From contig CM119266.1 of assembly GCA_051294375.1 (NCBI GenBank), forward strand, positions 25,255,731 to 25,319,730: DNA of 64,000 nt, read 5' to 3'. Under the pieces are notes generated by a model, which had not been told where the DNA came from, did no database searches, and saw nothing but the letters and a program-made list of their open reading frames with translations. The position numbers were made by a program, and so were the translations under genes. Below, piece by piece: positions 42,410 to 57,832 of this stretch (positions are counted from its first letter, which is position 1; every line of letters begins with the position of its first letter). This DNA comes from Paraspadella gotoi. Taxonomy: Eukaryota; Animalia; Chaetognatha.

Positions 42410-42794
42410 CACTCTGTTTTTCATCTCAATCGCTAATAATCTCTCCTTTTTATCCCCTTTTTTTCCTCTACGATTTTTTAAAAAAATTTATTTTTTTTAA
42501 ATTAAACTTTTATAACTGATTCGCACAAAAAAATTTCTCCTACCAAAAAAAAAATTAAAAAATCCGTCCCCATTTCGTAACCTAAGGCGACTTCCCGTTT
42601 TCGAGGTCGTTGCCTTCACCACCTGCGTCTTTGTCGCGTTCGTCGTATCGTCGTCGTCCACTTCTTTCGTTTGGTCGCTCGATATTTTGGTGTTGTCTTG
42701 GTGACCGTCGTCGTAACTATCGTCGTCTTCGTCGTCATCGTACGCTTACGCTTAAGTGTCGTAAAGGGAGGGACTTCCTCAAAGAAATCCGGTA

Positions 42795-43135
42795 GTCGCC
42801 AATGTCGTTTTATGCCAATTGTTTCAGCTTTTAGCCAATCTGTTTTAGCCAATTCGTTTTAGCCAATGCCATTACGCAAACGTTTAAACTGCGTTTAGCC
42901 AATGTCGTTTATCTCATTGTTTATTACGTTAGCAATAGTCGTTTATTAGCCAATCTCGTTTTAGCCAATCTCGTTTTATGCCAATCTCGTTTTTAGCCAA
43001 TGCGCTTTTAAGCCAATTGTCGTTTAGCCAATCTCTCGTTTAGCAATGTCTGTTTTAGCCCAAATCTGCTTTTAGCCAATCTCCGTATTTAGCTCTAAGT
43101 GTCTTTAATTAGCCAATGTCAGTTTTTAGCCAATT
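42795..43135 (+). repeat. Irregular minisatellite (TTTTAGCCAATNTCG)n
   Basis: More than 12 copies of TTAGCCAAT at ~16-20 bp spacing with many indels. Confidence 0.8.
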
Positions 43136-45404
43136 GCTCATCGTCGTGAAACTCAGTTCCGTATTCCGTACTTTCCCTAGTCAACTTCCATTCTGACGGG
43201 TACATCCCGTTCCAGAACGCCAAAGCGACCGCCTTTGCCTTATTTGCCTGTATACAAAAAAATGTTATACGTCTTATAATAGTAATGGTCTTTAGCCGTT
43301 TGCCTTCTGATAATAAGCAATGCTGTGATGTTTCTTTCATTAAAAAGTAAGGTTAGCCGTTAGCAATAATAAAGCCAATGAACTCATCAAAACTCCAGCA
43401 ATGACCGTCATTGATGTTGGAGGGTGATTGTTGACTGTTGGGCGACGATGCCGAGCGGGCGCCGGCCGGGCGCTTAGAGAAGCAAACGAGACCCTCCAAC
43501 GTATGAATCCACAATGTCAGTTAAACCACCAACCGGCTAGGCACCGGTTCGACCACAATGTTGCCCCCACAGATATAGACGATACTAGTGAAAATTGAAT
43601 AATACACAAGAGATACGGGGGGACGCCAACCAGATCTTATGGACACAACAACTCGAACACGTACTTTCTCACTACTCAAATATATGTATAACACACGATG
43701 CTCCACAATGCTTGTAATAAGGGAACAAAGACTAATTATACGAATATAAAAGGGTACAATAAACGCAACAATAATCATGTAACAATATGACATCGAGCGA
43801 TCAATAAGTCTCTTTGGATGATGTATACCCACGAAGAATTGTTCTCCATCATCACTTCCCTCTCTTCTATGCATCCGGGAGGTCATCCGCTCGATTCCAT
43901 ACATAATGAGCAAAAAACGTAGCCTAACAGTAAATTCAATCGACATATAAAAGAACAGGTACGCTTAGATTCGCGCCCGCATGGGCGAGCACTGCGGCTC
44001 TCGAAGTCCTGGCAGGACGTCGCCGAGAAAAATCTTCACGGGCCGGGCCCATATATACATAGGCTGTCGCCTCGTCAACCTTTGACAGATATTTCGTCTG
44101 ATGGTGCGGTTAACCCCAACCACTTCTGTTTGCAAGACGTACTATCTGCGTCGCACCCACCTTTCCATCGGCAACTCCATTGACAGCGTCACGGCGAATC
44201 ACATCATTTCGAAGAGCGCGAATCCTTCTGAAGATGAAAAGCCGACGTGCGACATGCGAATCATTTGAGGATCCCATGCCCAAGTCCTTTAGCAAGAGTT
44301 GCCCATGGACTCTTTGGGTGCAAAAAGATGAGAAGACACGGCCCCTGCAGCAGTAAGGACAGTGTAAAGTCGTACGCGAGTTCCTCTCCAATCCAGGACG
44401 ATAAATTGCTTGAAAATGCCCACCGCCGATATTCTTGGAACTACGAAGTAATCTTTCTCAAATTTTTCCCAAAAATTCGTCTTTTGTCCATTAATCTATC
44501 TTGACCATGTTAGATTGCCATCATGCCCAACAAAAAGTGGGCATAGATGCTGCAACGATTATCGTTGAACGGCCAGGAGCCTACAGCTTCGGTCGCAAAC
44601 GAATCAATGATGGAGGCAGGCGCAAAATGGCACGGTCAGGCTAATTGTCCGCTTCAAATCCATGCATGAATGTTGTGCGAGAGTTGACATCCCGACGCTG
44701 CGACGCGTTTCACGCCAAAGCTTGCAAAAGTTCTTCCAGGCAGGCCTGATTGCAGCATGACGCTTACAGAGCTCTTCGAACAGTGCTCGTGTATGTTCCG
44801 TCTCGTCCCTCAAATACGCATTCCGCATCGCAGCCACTGTCGGCCGCGGGGCCTCACAAATCACGACCAGATGGTTAACATATCGGGGACGGAACGGATT
44901 TACCGTAGTGCTTCAACCAACAGCGCGTTTCGCACAAATCGGCCAACCACAGCGTAATGCGCGGAACAAATCTTTCCTTCGAAACTTCTTTCCAAATAAT
45001 TGTTTCTAGAGCCCGGCCACGTAGACCAACCACTAAGAACGCAAGCTCTTTCCGTCATTAGCGCCCTTCATCTTATATCCACTGAAATATATTGAGGGCC
45101 ACTTAATCATTAGTTAAGCCGATTTAATGATTTTTTCTGGAATGCCTCTTTGGCCACAGGTATTTTCAAATGTGTCCGATGCGATTTTGACTTGTATTGA
45201 GAACAAGTACGAATCCAGCAAAACGCGCTGCCGCAGACAGCAGAAATAATTTAGCTGGATCAAGCCTGGACGAGCTGTGCCTTGACCCAATAGCACTCCT
45301 TTTCGAAGAATCGCAGGACGACAATAGTCGCGCGAGCAGGCGACTCCGAGAAGAATCCCATCATCGTTCGCCCGCAACTCAAATGATTACTCAACATGAC
45401 TTAT

Positions 45405-45826
45405 CATTAGCTTTTTATAAAGTAATGGCTGCCGTTGACTTTATAAATAGTAATTGCCGCTAGGAGTTGCTTTTATAGAGATAAGGTGCCGTTGCCATTT
45501 ATAAAGCGATGACGTTCTTTGCTTTATACAGAAATGTTGTGATTTGCTTTATAAAGTAATGGTGCCGTTGCTTTATAAAGCAATGCTGGAGTTTCTTTAT
45601 AAAGTAAGGTTGCCGTTGCAATATAAAGCAATGACGTCATTGCTTTATACAGAAATGTTATCGTTGCTTTATAAAGTAATGGTGTCGTTGTTTTAAAAAG
45701 CAATGCTGGAGTTGCTTTATAAAGCGATGCCGTCGTTGCTTTATTCAGCAATGTTGTAATTGCTTTATTCAGTAATGTTTTCGTTGCTTTATGAAGCAAT
45801 GTTGTCGTTGCTTTATGAAGCAATGT
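45405..45826 (+). repeat. 24-bp minisatellite with palindromic core TTGCTTTATAAAGCAA and a 5-unit higher-order repeat
   Basis: Unit GTTGCTTTATAAAGCAATGNNGNC. The variant order repeats at ~123 bp offset (45482 vs 45605). Confidence 0.85.
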
Positions 45827-45963
45827 TTCTTCCATACTTGCGGCTTTAGGTAACGTTTAATAAATACGTAGATAACAACAGTTTTTCGTCATCTATGGTA
45901 CATGGTGCTTCTTCTAAGTGGGGTGCCTTGTGGAGGATCACTTATGGTTCTCACCCCTGACGG

Positions 45964-46020
<57 letters not shown>

Positions 46021-46155
46021 TATGTTCAACCATTTTCCGGTTTGACGCTTCGAGCTCAAATTTTAAAAAGAATAAAAAATGATGGTTCGATTTGAGGATC
46101 AAATTTTAGCTTTTGAAGGAATGAATACAAATGGAATCGGAAACGACGACGACGA

Positions 46156-46200
<45 letters not shown>

Positions 46201-46498
46201 TTCGAAGGAGGAAGACGTCGACATAAAAAATTGGTTCATTGAACGACGTCCCCCCTCTTCTTCCTCCTTGTCGTCGTCTCGGTCGTCGTCTTCTCCTCCT
46301 TCTCCTCCTCCGCCTCTTAACCCATAATCCTCTTTAGATCTTTAAGATCTTATTGTATCAGTGTTGTACTGGTCCGATGATCAAGTTTGCCCCAGTGTCC
46401 CCAAAAGTGGACGACGAAGACGACGACGACGACGACGATAACGACGTCGACGACATGGTGACGTCAGCATGGATTTGCTCTTGCGCGCAAACGAATCG

Positions 46499-46618
<120 letters not shown>

Positions 46619-47370
46619 ACGCGCGCATTTTCTTCGCGTCGTCGTTTCACGCGCCCCGGGGCCTTCAAAAGCGCGCACGCGGGCGCGCGCGTGCTGGCTT
46701 CCGGTCTTTCTGGCGCGCGCGCCCCCCCGGACGAAGACGACGACGGCGCGCCCGAATCGCGCTAAAAACCGGAAACGGAATTTGACGCCGGTTTTATCGT
46801 CCGCCGGGCGTCACTTTCGAGACGACGGCGTCGAGTGAAGAAAAACAGAAAAAAAAACCGAAAAAAATAGAATTTAATAAAAATAAAAACGACTGGCCAA
46901 CCCCAAAAATGTTCCGGGGGATGCGAACCAATAAAATTTATACAAACTTGAACTCGGAATGAATGCCGATGTTTTAATCAAAATTAATCTTAATTAATCT
47001 TAATCTTAAGTCAAAGAAAACGATTAGCATCAACAAAAATAAACAAAATTAAGATTTTGTTAAAAGTNNNNNNNNNNNNNNNNNNNNNNNNNGAATATAT
47101 TTTTTTTTGTTGAATTCTCCTAATTTATACATTTATTCACTTTTTTTTCTTCCATGGAGTTTTTTGAAAAAAAGATGAAAATGATGGAAAACGTGTTTAT
47201 GCAGTTCGACTTCGTAGTTATTTTCTTATTTTCTTTTTCTTTTTTCTTTTCTTTTTTCTTTTTTCTTTGTTCTTTTTTCTTTCTTTCTTACTATTTTTTT
47301 TTTCTTTCTTTTTTTTGCATTTACTTATTCTCATCTCTAAGCTTCATCTCTCAATCTTCACGCTCAGACG

Positions 47371-47458
<88 letters not shown>

Positions 47459-47748
47459 CCCGCTGTTCTTTCCCCTTTCACCCTCGGCTCACTTCTTCGT
47501 TCAAAGCAAAGAAGAAAAACCCAACTTATTTTTTTCCTCATCTTCAGACGCGAACCTTTTAAGTTTTTTTTTCTCGTTTTACTTTTGGCGACTGAGCGCG
47601 AAAAGTCAAGCTGAGGGAACATTTGTTTTACTTTCGGGAGAAAGTGAGAAGGGGGACGAGATAGAGAGAGACGGAGAGAGATGAGAGAGAGAGAGAGGAG
47701 GAGAAGAGATTGAGACAGAGAGATGATGAGAGAGACAGAGGAGAGGAT

Positions 47749-47787
<39 letters not shown>

Positions 47788-50700
47788 GTGAAGAGAGTAA
47801 GAGAGAGAGAGAGAGGAGAGAGAAGACAGAGAGAGAAGAGAGGAAAGAGGAGAGAGGAGATGAGAGAGAGAGATGATAAGAGAGAAGAGAGAGATTAGTT
47901 AGAAAAGGAGAGCGAAAAAAAGTAAGGTTAACTGCGTGTTTGATAGATGGTTTAGTAACGAGATGAAAAGAAGAAGGAAAAGTCTTGATCCTTTTTAAAG
48001 CGAAAAGCTTAATTGTGCGTCAGAAAAAGATTGAGTGTTTTCGAACAATTGATTCTCCATTCCCAATGAATCTCTATTTTTTTAATAGAAAAAAAAAAAA
48101 AGGCACAAAAAAAAGCACGAAAAATGGCAGGCGCACAATTCTTAATAGCAAATTTATTTTTCAAAAATTATAAATTTACGCTAGGAATGATAAGGTTTTT
48201 GAGCAAAAAACAAAAAACAAAAAACTAAAAGGGTGGCAGATTTGATGACGGAAAGTGACAATAAAGGACCTCTTTATTTTCGGTCGATGCCAAAAGCCTC
48301 CGGACCACCCGCAGTCGGCAGCGCCCTCAAGCGACCCATAAATGACGCTTCATATACCCGATTAGAGACGGAAGACGATAAGCACGACGACGACGATGGA
48401 GATCAAAATCTACCGCGATCACGAATAAGAAAAGAGAACCGAACAGAAAGATTAAGGAAGAAGAAAGGTTTCATCGATCTTCGCCGATTTCCTTTTTTAA
48501 TTCTTTCTTTTTAGCGGGAGAGGAAAGAGAGAGAGAGAGAGGAGAGAGAGAGAGGAGAGAGAGAGGAGAGAGAGAGAGAGAGATGAGAGAAGAAGAGAGA
48601 GAGAAGAAACGATTTCGATGACGAGAAGGAGAGCGGAGAATTTTCGCTCGAGCAAAGGAGGAAGGGCGAAGTGGTGGGAAATGAAGTAACGAGACATGAG
48701 AGAAGAGAAAGAGAGACAGAGAGAGAAGAGGAGGGAGAGAGACGAGAGAGAACGAGAGAGAGATGAGAGAGAGAGAGAGAAGAACGATGACGAGAAGGAG
48801 AGCGAGAATTCGCTCGAGCAAAAGAGGAAGGGACGAAGGGCTTGTTAGGGATGAAGGTAGACGAGACAGAGATAAGAGGAAAGAGAGACAGAGAGACGAG
48901 AAGAGAGAGAGAGATGAGCGAGAGAGAGAGAGAGAAGAGAGAGAGAGATGACGAGAGAGAGAGAGACCCCGGGTAACGTAATTCAGAGTTGTCGCGACCC
49001 CAAAAGTTTCACTTCCGCCGGCAGAAGCTTGGGGTCGAATGCCGACTGAGGGGGGAGGGGGCCGATTGATGAGGGACGGGGCCTGTGATGAGTGACGAAA
49101 CCCGGAGTGGGTAGAGGGTGAGACAGAGGTGTGGAGAGGGATGGAGAGGGAGTGGGTGAGAGCGGGCCGGAGTGAGTGCGAACCTTCGGGCGTTCGGATT
49201 AGCTCAACAGTCCGACAGAAAGTGTTATGGTTCTTCAGACTGAATGCGAATTTTTGGGAGATTGAGAAATTGAGAGAGAGAAAGAGTGCGAGACGTGAGA
49301 AAGAGAGAGAGAGTCAGAGAGAGAGAGACAGAGAGAGAGAGAGAGGATAAGAAGAGAGAGAGATGAGGAGAGAGAGAGAGAGACGAGCAGAGAGAGAGGA
49401 GAGAGAGGAGAGAGAGAGTGTATGGGATAGCTGGGACGGAAATCGAAAAACGATTTGGGGAAATGGACTGGACGATGAAACAGGAGAAAAGAAAACTGAG
49501 GAACGAGTCAATCAAATGACAGGATGGAGAAGGAATAAGGGACGGCCCGTGCATTGAGAGAAAGGGGAATTGGGCATCGGTGGCATGCAATTTTGGTTTG
49601 AGGGACATGGGGATATGGAGACTTTTGGGGACTGGGAGGGGTGTTTCGAAATGGTGATTTGGGGAGGGGATTACGAAATGTAAAAAGAACATGGTTGAGA
49701 GAAGATAGGCGTCGATGCATTGCACTTTCTAATACTTCAATGAAGTTTTCAATTCTTAAAATTTTAAATCTGTATTGTCTATTAAATTGAATCTCTAATC
49801 GTTCGTCTTAATCTTTTCCAGCTCTCAGTTACAAGTGTCGCTCACTGATGTGAACTCAACGCATTACTCGAACCGAAATCGAATTTGATGGAATCAAAAA
49901 CTAAATGCGAACCAAATTGAAGAGAACTCGAAACGGAGCTCTTAAAAATAGAGAAGAACACATATCCTTTTTATTATTTAAAGTTGGTTTAAATATTAAA
50001 GATAGACATACTTCATTCTTTTAATATTATTTCCCATGAATAAAAGCAAGATAGGGACTAAGAGAGAGAGATTAGAAAAAGGGGGAGATTGGAAGGAAAA
50101 ACTTACTTTGCGTCTCGTCACAGCTTTTTTGAAAACTTAACTTCTTTTAAAAGGCTTCGTCCGAAAACAAGTCAAAACCAGCCAAGTTAAAATTAGTTAC
50201 AAAAACAGACTCCAGTGAAAGCATTAAAAGGATGTTATTATTTTAATATTATATAACAGTGGAAAAAGGTTAAAAAGGACTTAAAAAATGGAATCAATAA
50301 CGTTGGAAGAAAATGTTAAGGGAAAAGAAAGCGTTCGAAAAAAAAAAATATTGTAATAACATTAAAAAAACCCTTTTATACTTAGCAATTGATTTTTATT
50401 TTAAATAAGATTTTTATAACGATTCACGGGCTTTCACAACACTGAGAATTTTTCAAGCATTCTTGCCCTTCTTTCACGAAATTCAGCACGTCGGATGATA
50501 TGCATTCTTAATTATCTACACTACAAGCTATCTAGATACGAATGCTAAGTCAATGGAGTTCCGTGGCGACTGAAATACGTCTTGTGTCCGGCTGTTGTTT
50601 ACACAGCGCAACGTAGAGAATGATTCCAGACCACAGCTGCATGACAGCTCGCGCAGACGACCGATCGCGCGTACGTCAGCGCTGACACGCCATATTCCGG

Positions 50701-53700
50701 AAAGTAACACTGTTACGTGTTCTTACCGCATAGGACATTCCTGTCCGTCCTTATTATGAGATTGGTCACTCCCTCATGGCTAACGAGAATACGCCGCCAT
50801 AATCTCACGCACCCAGGGAACGGATAACTATATCGCCTCACGCACGTCGTCACTCAAGTCTGACACTAGGCTCCTCATTATCGTCTATCCTGATCATTCG
50901 TGCTCTTCTTCTATATCTCATGATTTTCACAATTATCCTTGTCTTCCTTCTCGGTCTCATCGTCTCTGCAGTCTCTTCTCTTCTGCTCCTCGTCTTCGCT
51001 TCTGGCGCGCGCATCTGTCTTTGCTGCTCTCATCTCCTTCCTCTCTGCTCTCTCTTCGCCATTCCTCGTCCTCGTGTACTCTCTCTTGACTGTTATGTCA
51101 TAAGAAGTTTTCTCCCGAAGAGGCGTGTCCTTGTGTATTCACATCCATTCACTGAGCAGATCACCTTTGGCGTGTGACGCCATGCATGACACGTGTAGGT
51201 GTGAACCACAGTGCTAAATTAAGGCTCCAAAGACGATTTATTACTGAGCATGTCGCATTTAACTGGACGCAATGATCTTGATGAAGAAACGAGAAGAACA
51301 AGAGAGGAGGAAAAATAAAGGGAAACGGCATAAAAACGAAAGGATAAAACCCAAAAGATAAAAAAGGAAAGCGGATTAAAAAAGGAGGTATTGGAATAGA
51401 AGATCAAATGAGTCACTCAAATATTTAGACAAACAGTTAAAACGCATCGTCTCTCTGCTACGCTCTTCTGCTACGATTAGCCTCGTTTTGCATATTGTCT
51501 CGAACGATCTCTTAATCCCGTCGTCGACATTCAACATATTCGTCGTATTCGTGTCATCTGCCATCGAAGAAATCAGAATAAAACGTGGTCTTATTTGTTA
51601 TAAAACAAAAGCACAAAACGCTCGATGGTTTTTTTTTCTTTTATTTTTATTTGTGCGCGAATCTTACTCACAACAAACCTGACGATTCCACGTCATAGAA
51701 ATTTCGAGGCGCGGTGTTCTTGTGTTGTTGTTTTTTGTTCTTTGTCAGCCGTTTGAACAAGCCGTAAATGGACGACCAGTTTGCCTTTTGACTCCACCAG
51801 TACTCATTTCGTTTCTCTTCCTTTCTTTCGCTCTCTTTTCGTTCTCCTCCTTTTCGCTCACTTTCTATGTTGAATTTTTAGAATTTCTTCTACTTTATCG
51901 CGAATTTCTCGTTTACAATTTTAAAAAGTTGTCGTTTAATTCAAAAGAACGAAACTCTCGAAATGGGAAGGCTTAATCTGTCCCGGAGTCCAGAAGAAGC
52001 AAAGACACCCACAAAACTACGAAAACGAACACCTAGACTGAATATATGATACGATCACCGTCTCTACGCCTACAAGGAGCACTCTAGAATAAACAGATAA
52101 TAAAGACTACTATAATTGCAACAAAAACGCAGCCCAATAATCAATCATCAGAGAATTGTCCGGTTCATCAGATCTATCATTCAGTATCAGATTCCTCCAT
52201 GATGGATCTACTACCGATAACTACATTTCGATTTGCCACATCGTACGCAGCTCTCATACCGCTGCTATATCAATTCGAATATAAAGTCTATATCATATCT
52301 CAGACGAGGTGCAAAACAAAATAATAAATCTTGCAATGTCTCAAGAAAATAGATTTAAGAGAGATAAAGAAAAACTTCTGAGAGACATCTCGGCATATAC
52401 CGCGACAACCTATGATCCAGTCCCGCGGCTGGGAGAGAAATTTGAACGGTAGAGCAACCGAATTCCGTCCAAATGTACCTCTTCCAGTAGTTGTGTAATA
52501 ACAATACAACAGGGATAGCATATCGGTTTACGTGTAAAGCTGCCAAACTGAGGTATTAGAAGCGTTCGTCGTACGGTAAGAGCCTGGAAGAAGTGACAAC
52601 AGCGCGTTTCGAGGCCCCCGCTATCTGATACACAGAAAACTCTTCCTGCGGAGATCGTGTCCGACGTCCAAACCTATACCGTATGACTATATTGAGCCTT
52701 ATCCTTACAGGTTAGAGCAAGTGATGTTATCTTCACCGCTAATAGTGTACTTCGCTATGATTTCCGGTGGAGTGCTTGACGTAAATAACTCATTGGAGCG
52801 TCTGTTCTTAGGGCGCCAGAATGATGCTAGGAGATCAGTTACGTGTGCCGGTAATCTACAGTAAGTGAACGACAATGGAATTCGAAGACACCGAAAGTCA
52901 GGATATCATACAGAATACTCGGCATCACGATGAGCGAAGTCCGAACCCACCGACCGACCGAAAATACAAATGATAGGCCATGCATGTCGAGACCAATCCA
53001 GAACTGGAAGAGAATCACTCTATACTCGGTGTCACTCACTCATCTCGGTCTCATTCGAGCGCCAATGCGTTCCGCTAACAATAACGCTCCGACAAAGTCG
53101 AACATTCGACGACGATACAGAGCTCAGCGGCCACGTCCTCGAAATCCTGCTTCCGGATAATCAGATGCTACCTCACGGATCTTCCCCCGCCACCCCGTTT
53201 CGACTCAGTCCCGGCAAACACATCAATCGTTTCGGCGGTCAGCGATATCCAAACCAGCGCATGTCCGGAAACATATGTACAGCGTTCCCGATTCTCCTCT
53301 CTCTCATCAATCTCTGATTTCTCGTTTCCTCCGCAGACCGACAACCACACGATCATAGCTACTCTCTGGCCTATGTGAGAAGACTTTCGAGATAAACACA
53401 CAAACACCAACTGACACTGGCACTCCTGGATAGTTCCATATCTCGGTGTTTGCGCCTGCCATTGCTGCTCCTTTGTTGTTATATCTTAATCCCTCTGTAC
53501 TTTGACCATGTTGGTACAACCCAATATATACAAAATTATACTCCCATCACTTATCTCGTAAATAAGACTCTCTCTTGCCCCTGACTTTGGACAGGCATTT
53601 GGTCTTGCAGTTCAGGAGTCCTCCATTTCACCTCTTTACAAGATAAATAGACACCTTACATGACCTGGTGCGACGGCTTATCCTGCAAGGCTTTCAATCA

Positions 53701-56700
53701 AAGCGCACATCTCATCACTTTCAAGGTCCTCGTTTTATTCTCTCGAGCCTCCCGCAGCGAGTAAGCCCTCGCGCTGTCACTACGACTCCCCATATCAATG
53801 ACAGTGGAACAATCACTCCCTAGCAGCGTTCAAGAGTGAATCGTTCTCAAGTATTCTAATTGAAAAATGACCCACTCCCTAAGAGTTGACTTAGATCCGT
53901 ATGGGACCATCAACATACTGACGTACTTGTACTCGCGCACTTTAGCAACTACAAAATATCAACTGGTATGTACTGAGTATGTTTAATTTGACGAATTGTG
54001 TCACAACAAATACGCGTAAATGACAGACTTATCCATTCGTCACAGGCTGCTAATAAAGATAAGACTATTACGTACTGCCTCATCTCTGACTTTGGATAGC
54101 AACGGCATTTTGTTGGATCTACATTAAGCGCCTCCGAGTCACACTTGATACACAGTGACATGACCACTAGGCAACGAATGGAGTCCACTGCGGTCATGAA
54201 TATCTATAATCGACCACCGGGCTTCTGCATGGAGTGCAGATGCAATCTACGTTCCTACTCTACTTCCGAATAAGATTTTATATCAGACATGGACAATTTC
54301 TTTCATAAACATACACAGCGGTCCGGCACAGGATAGGTCCATGCTTAGATTCTGAAGTTGTTTCGTCGTCTGTGTTCTAACAACCATGCGACATACTAGA
54401 TAGCAGCAGGTTATTAAGCGTTTGGTACAAACGCTATAGCAGGCACGGGCCAACGACGGAGACGACATACGTGACGACTAGCACAATACTGACAGTCGCT
54501 GCCGCGGCGAACGTCTGAACTCGCTGGACTGCAGCTCCGTCAACACCTAAAGAAACTGCAAGGACTGTTACTCGAGATAATTTCGTTTCTTCGATCAAAT
54601 GAGGCACGCCAACAACTCGTCTCGGATGTCAATGGTGTCGGATGCCGGACAACGGACGCAACATCGCGCTTGCCCTCGTGAATATTCTCTTTATACTGAG
54701 CTTGCAAAATCTTGTATCTGTACTTGATGAGGCGTCCTTTTGTTTCGTATGTGTCTGTTGTTACCGAGTCGTCTATATGTTTTGATGCGCTGGGAGTTTT
54801 TTTTCCTCCGCTCGAGATATCCAAACTTGTTGCCAAGCAACTTAATCCCGAAATGCCAGACACATTGAAAATGTAAAACACGTCAACGAAAGGCGTCCTA
54901 GCACGGTTCGACAGATGGATAAATGAACAATGAAACTTGATTCTGAACTTGTCGTCAGCACTCGATCATTATTATTCGGGTGAGCGACATATTAAACTTA
55001 TTCCATAATAAAATCTTTTCTCGCGTCCTTCTTTTCTATTTCTCATAAGACGATTCGGCTTGACGCTAGGCACGATGTTGAATATTGACGATTACAGATA
55101 AACTGACCGAAGCACCATAACATAGCACGGATCTGAATGCTTGTTATCGATTATGGTTATATTGTAATGCTGCTTACACTCCAGGGCAGTATTGACGCGT
55201 GGGAGTAGATATATCGAAAGGATTTAACTCAAGCACAGTCAGAAAGAACAATAACACAACGTCTATGACTAATGCCTCACAAATAGCAGACAATTGTGAT
55301 TGAGCTTCATTTCAAATGGTAGCCTTTACCGGTGACTGCGCGGATTATAAGCGGAATGATTTTAAAGTGTCATGCTATGATTGAGAACATAACAGTAACA
55401 AATACTTAAATTCTGACTGATCCGTTTCGATACGTAATGTAGTGTATGATGTACGTGGAGATTAAAGCAGACAAGAGCAGATAAGGTAGTCTGAGACAAC
55501 AGATCAAACTAGTTTTGTTTTGTGAAGAAAATAGTCCATCCTTGTACAACCTGATCGACGTAAAAAATTGATCTCGACTCGACGAAAGATGTATTGCGCG
55601 CTTCAAATAACCTGAGTGAAGTAACACAACAAGTAACAAGTTAAAACAGACTCAGTTCCGCGTGACACCATGCTCCACATTTAACACATTGCGGCAAGTT
55701 AAAACTATTCATTTAGCTGGAAGCGGAACAGGCACAACGACGAACGACGACTGACATTCAAGACTCTCGGTATGTCAAGGACACATGTGCTAGCGGAAGT
55801 GTTAACTGTATTCTATCGTTGCTGGGAAGAGACCTCGTGAAGAACTGTATCTTTTCTATGGTAAACCAACTATTATCTTCTGATCTAGACTTATTTCACT
55901 CGCTAGATTTACAAGGTGATAGTACTGGAAGATAAAGGATTCGGGAAGAAATATCACGAACATAAGGAAAATGGAAGCGTGAACTGCATATGTTGTTCTT
56001 CCTCGTTCCCTTGTCCCTTACTTGTCTTCGTTCTACTAGTATCTTTTATTACACTTCTGGGGCGGACCGGCACATGTTCATCTTGTCGTCACCCCTCGGA
56101 ACAGCATTAACCTTACGTCACGAATAACGACTTACAACCCTCTTTGTGTTCTTAGCATCGCCCTAGATCTAAATCAGAGATCTAGATAGAGTAGCAGACG
56201 ACTGCGTAGTCCAGCAGACCGAAGTACTGCCGTCGCTGATGAACAGTCGATTCACTGCGCACTAGGGATGAGACAGGACGAGATCGATCGGGATAGAGAG
56301 ATGAGACAGTAACGGAGAGAGAGATACACGGCCAGTTGAGAAGATGACGATGAGAGAACGACGACCGGAGGAGTCAGACGGGACTGGAATGAGAGAGAGA
56401 GAGACGAGAAGAGAGAGCACGATATCCCGCCAAGTACTGAGATACTGCGGCGAGACAGAGAGATATATGAGTGAGATCGCATCTGTACAGCCTGTGATCG
56501 GAGGTGGACATGGAGAGATAACATACGCATCGGCCACCCAACACTCTGCTTGCTTTCTTAAACCCCCAAGCATCTTTTAGTGTGCTCTATCATAAAAATA
56601 GCATCGACTGGTACTGGGCAGCTGGAATAGCTCCGAGCATATGATGATGACCTGTACATGCTCGTCGTCCTGCAGATGGCATCGTTGAGAGCCAAAAAAA

Positions 56701-56786
56701 AGCTTAAGTGCCCTCCGCCTGAGTCGTGCGGCCGCATTTCTTTGCCAGAAGATTTGGTTTTAAACGCGGAACGCAGGGAGAGAGAG

Positions 56787-56817
<31 letters not shown>

Positions 56818-56859
56818 AGAGAGAAAGGCGAGAGGAAGAGAGAGAGAGAGAGAAGAGAG

Positions 56860-57807
56860 AAGTGAGTATTTTACTGAGTTAAAGAGAGGAGATTGTGAAA
56901 AACATTACAAATAATTCCTTTTAGTTCTGTAAAGAGCAAGAATCGTGACCCAGAAATCGGCCTCGACCTCGGCCGTCGTTGCTTCTAGTACCAATCAACC
57001 GTCACAACACCGTGACTCTGTTGAGAAAACCCATGAAAACATTTCACCGAAAATAAGAATTTTTTTTCAATTACTTATAATTTTATAGACAAGATTTTTT
57101 AATTGTCCGCTTGAAGATATTAAAGACGGTAAACGAGCGGAAGAAAAAAGGAGGCGATTCTTGCAATAGAAAAAAAAATCCAGAGAGAAGATTTTTTCAA
57201 GGTGAGATTGAAAATGAGATTAAAGATTAAAAGTGAGATTAAAAATGCGATTAAAGATTTAAATTTATCTTTAGTTTTTTTGGCAAAGTTATTTTTAATT
57301 TTTAATTTCAAGCGAATGCAACTTCGTCTTCAAAATGATAAAATATTGATCCATTTCTATGTTGTAATTACTCAAAAATTAATAATAAAAAAAATTTTTA
57401 ATCTCACTTTTAATCTTTAATCTCATTTTCAATCTCACCTTGAAAAAATCTTCTCTCTGGGATTTTTTTTTCTATTGCAAGAATCGCCTCCTTTTTTCTT
57501 CCGCCTCGTTTACCGTCTTTTAATATCCTTCAAGCGGGACGAATTAAAAATCTTGACTATAAAATTATAAGTAATTGAAAAAAAAATTCTTATTTTCGGT
57601 GAAATGATTTCATGGGTTTTCTCAACCAGAGTCACGGTGTTGTGACGGTGATGGTACTAGAAGCAACGACGCCGAGGTCGACCGATTTCTGGGTCACGAT
57701 TCTTGGCTCTTTACAAGAGTCTTGTTTTCTTGTGGCTCAAGAACAAAAGGAATTTATTTGTAATGTTTTTCACAACTCCTCTCTTTAACTCAGTAAAATA
57801 CTCACTT
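56860..57807. repeat. Long inverted repeat (~390-bp arms, ~150-bp spacer) ending at an N-gap
   Basis: AAGTGAGTATTTTACTGAG... pairs with ...CTCAGTAAAATACTCACTT. The arms differ mainly by small indels. Confidence 0.85.
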
Positions 57808-57832
57808 NNNNNNNNNNNNNNNNNNNNNNNNN

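Noticed and set aside
44010-44190. Minus-strand fragments resembling SF1 helicase motifs (NGVADGK, VDEA, IFLGD)
   Set aside because: The motifs are not in one open frame, are spaced too closely, Walker A is incomplete, and the region looks noisy. A frameshift-aware search would be needed.
49080-49120. Hammerhead-like GTGATGAGTGACGAAACCCGGAGTGGGTA (duplicate near 59821)
   Set aside because: Core C3 is missing, stem I does not pair, and it lies in the probable artefact block.
50500-56700. Short ORFs in high-complexity sequence (possible viral or foreign insert)
   Set aside because: No motifs and no long frames; consistent with low-quality unpolished read sequence.
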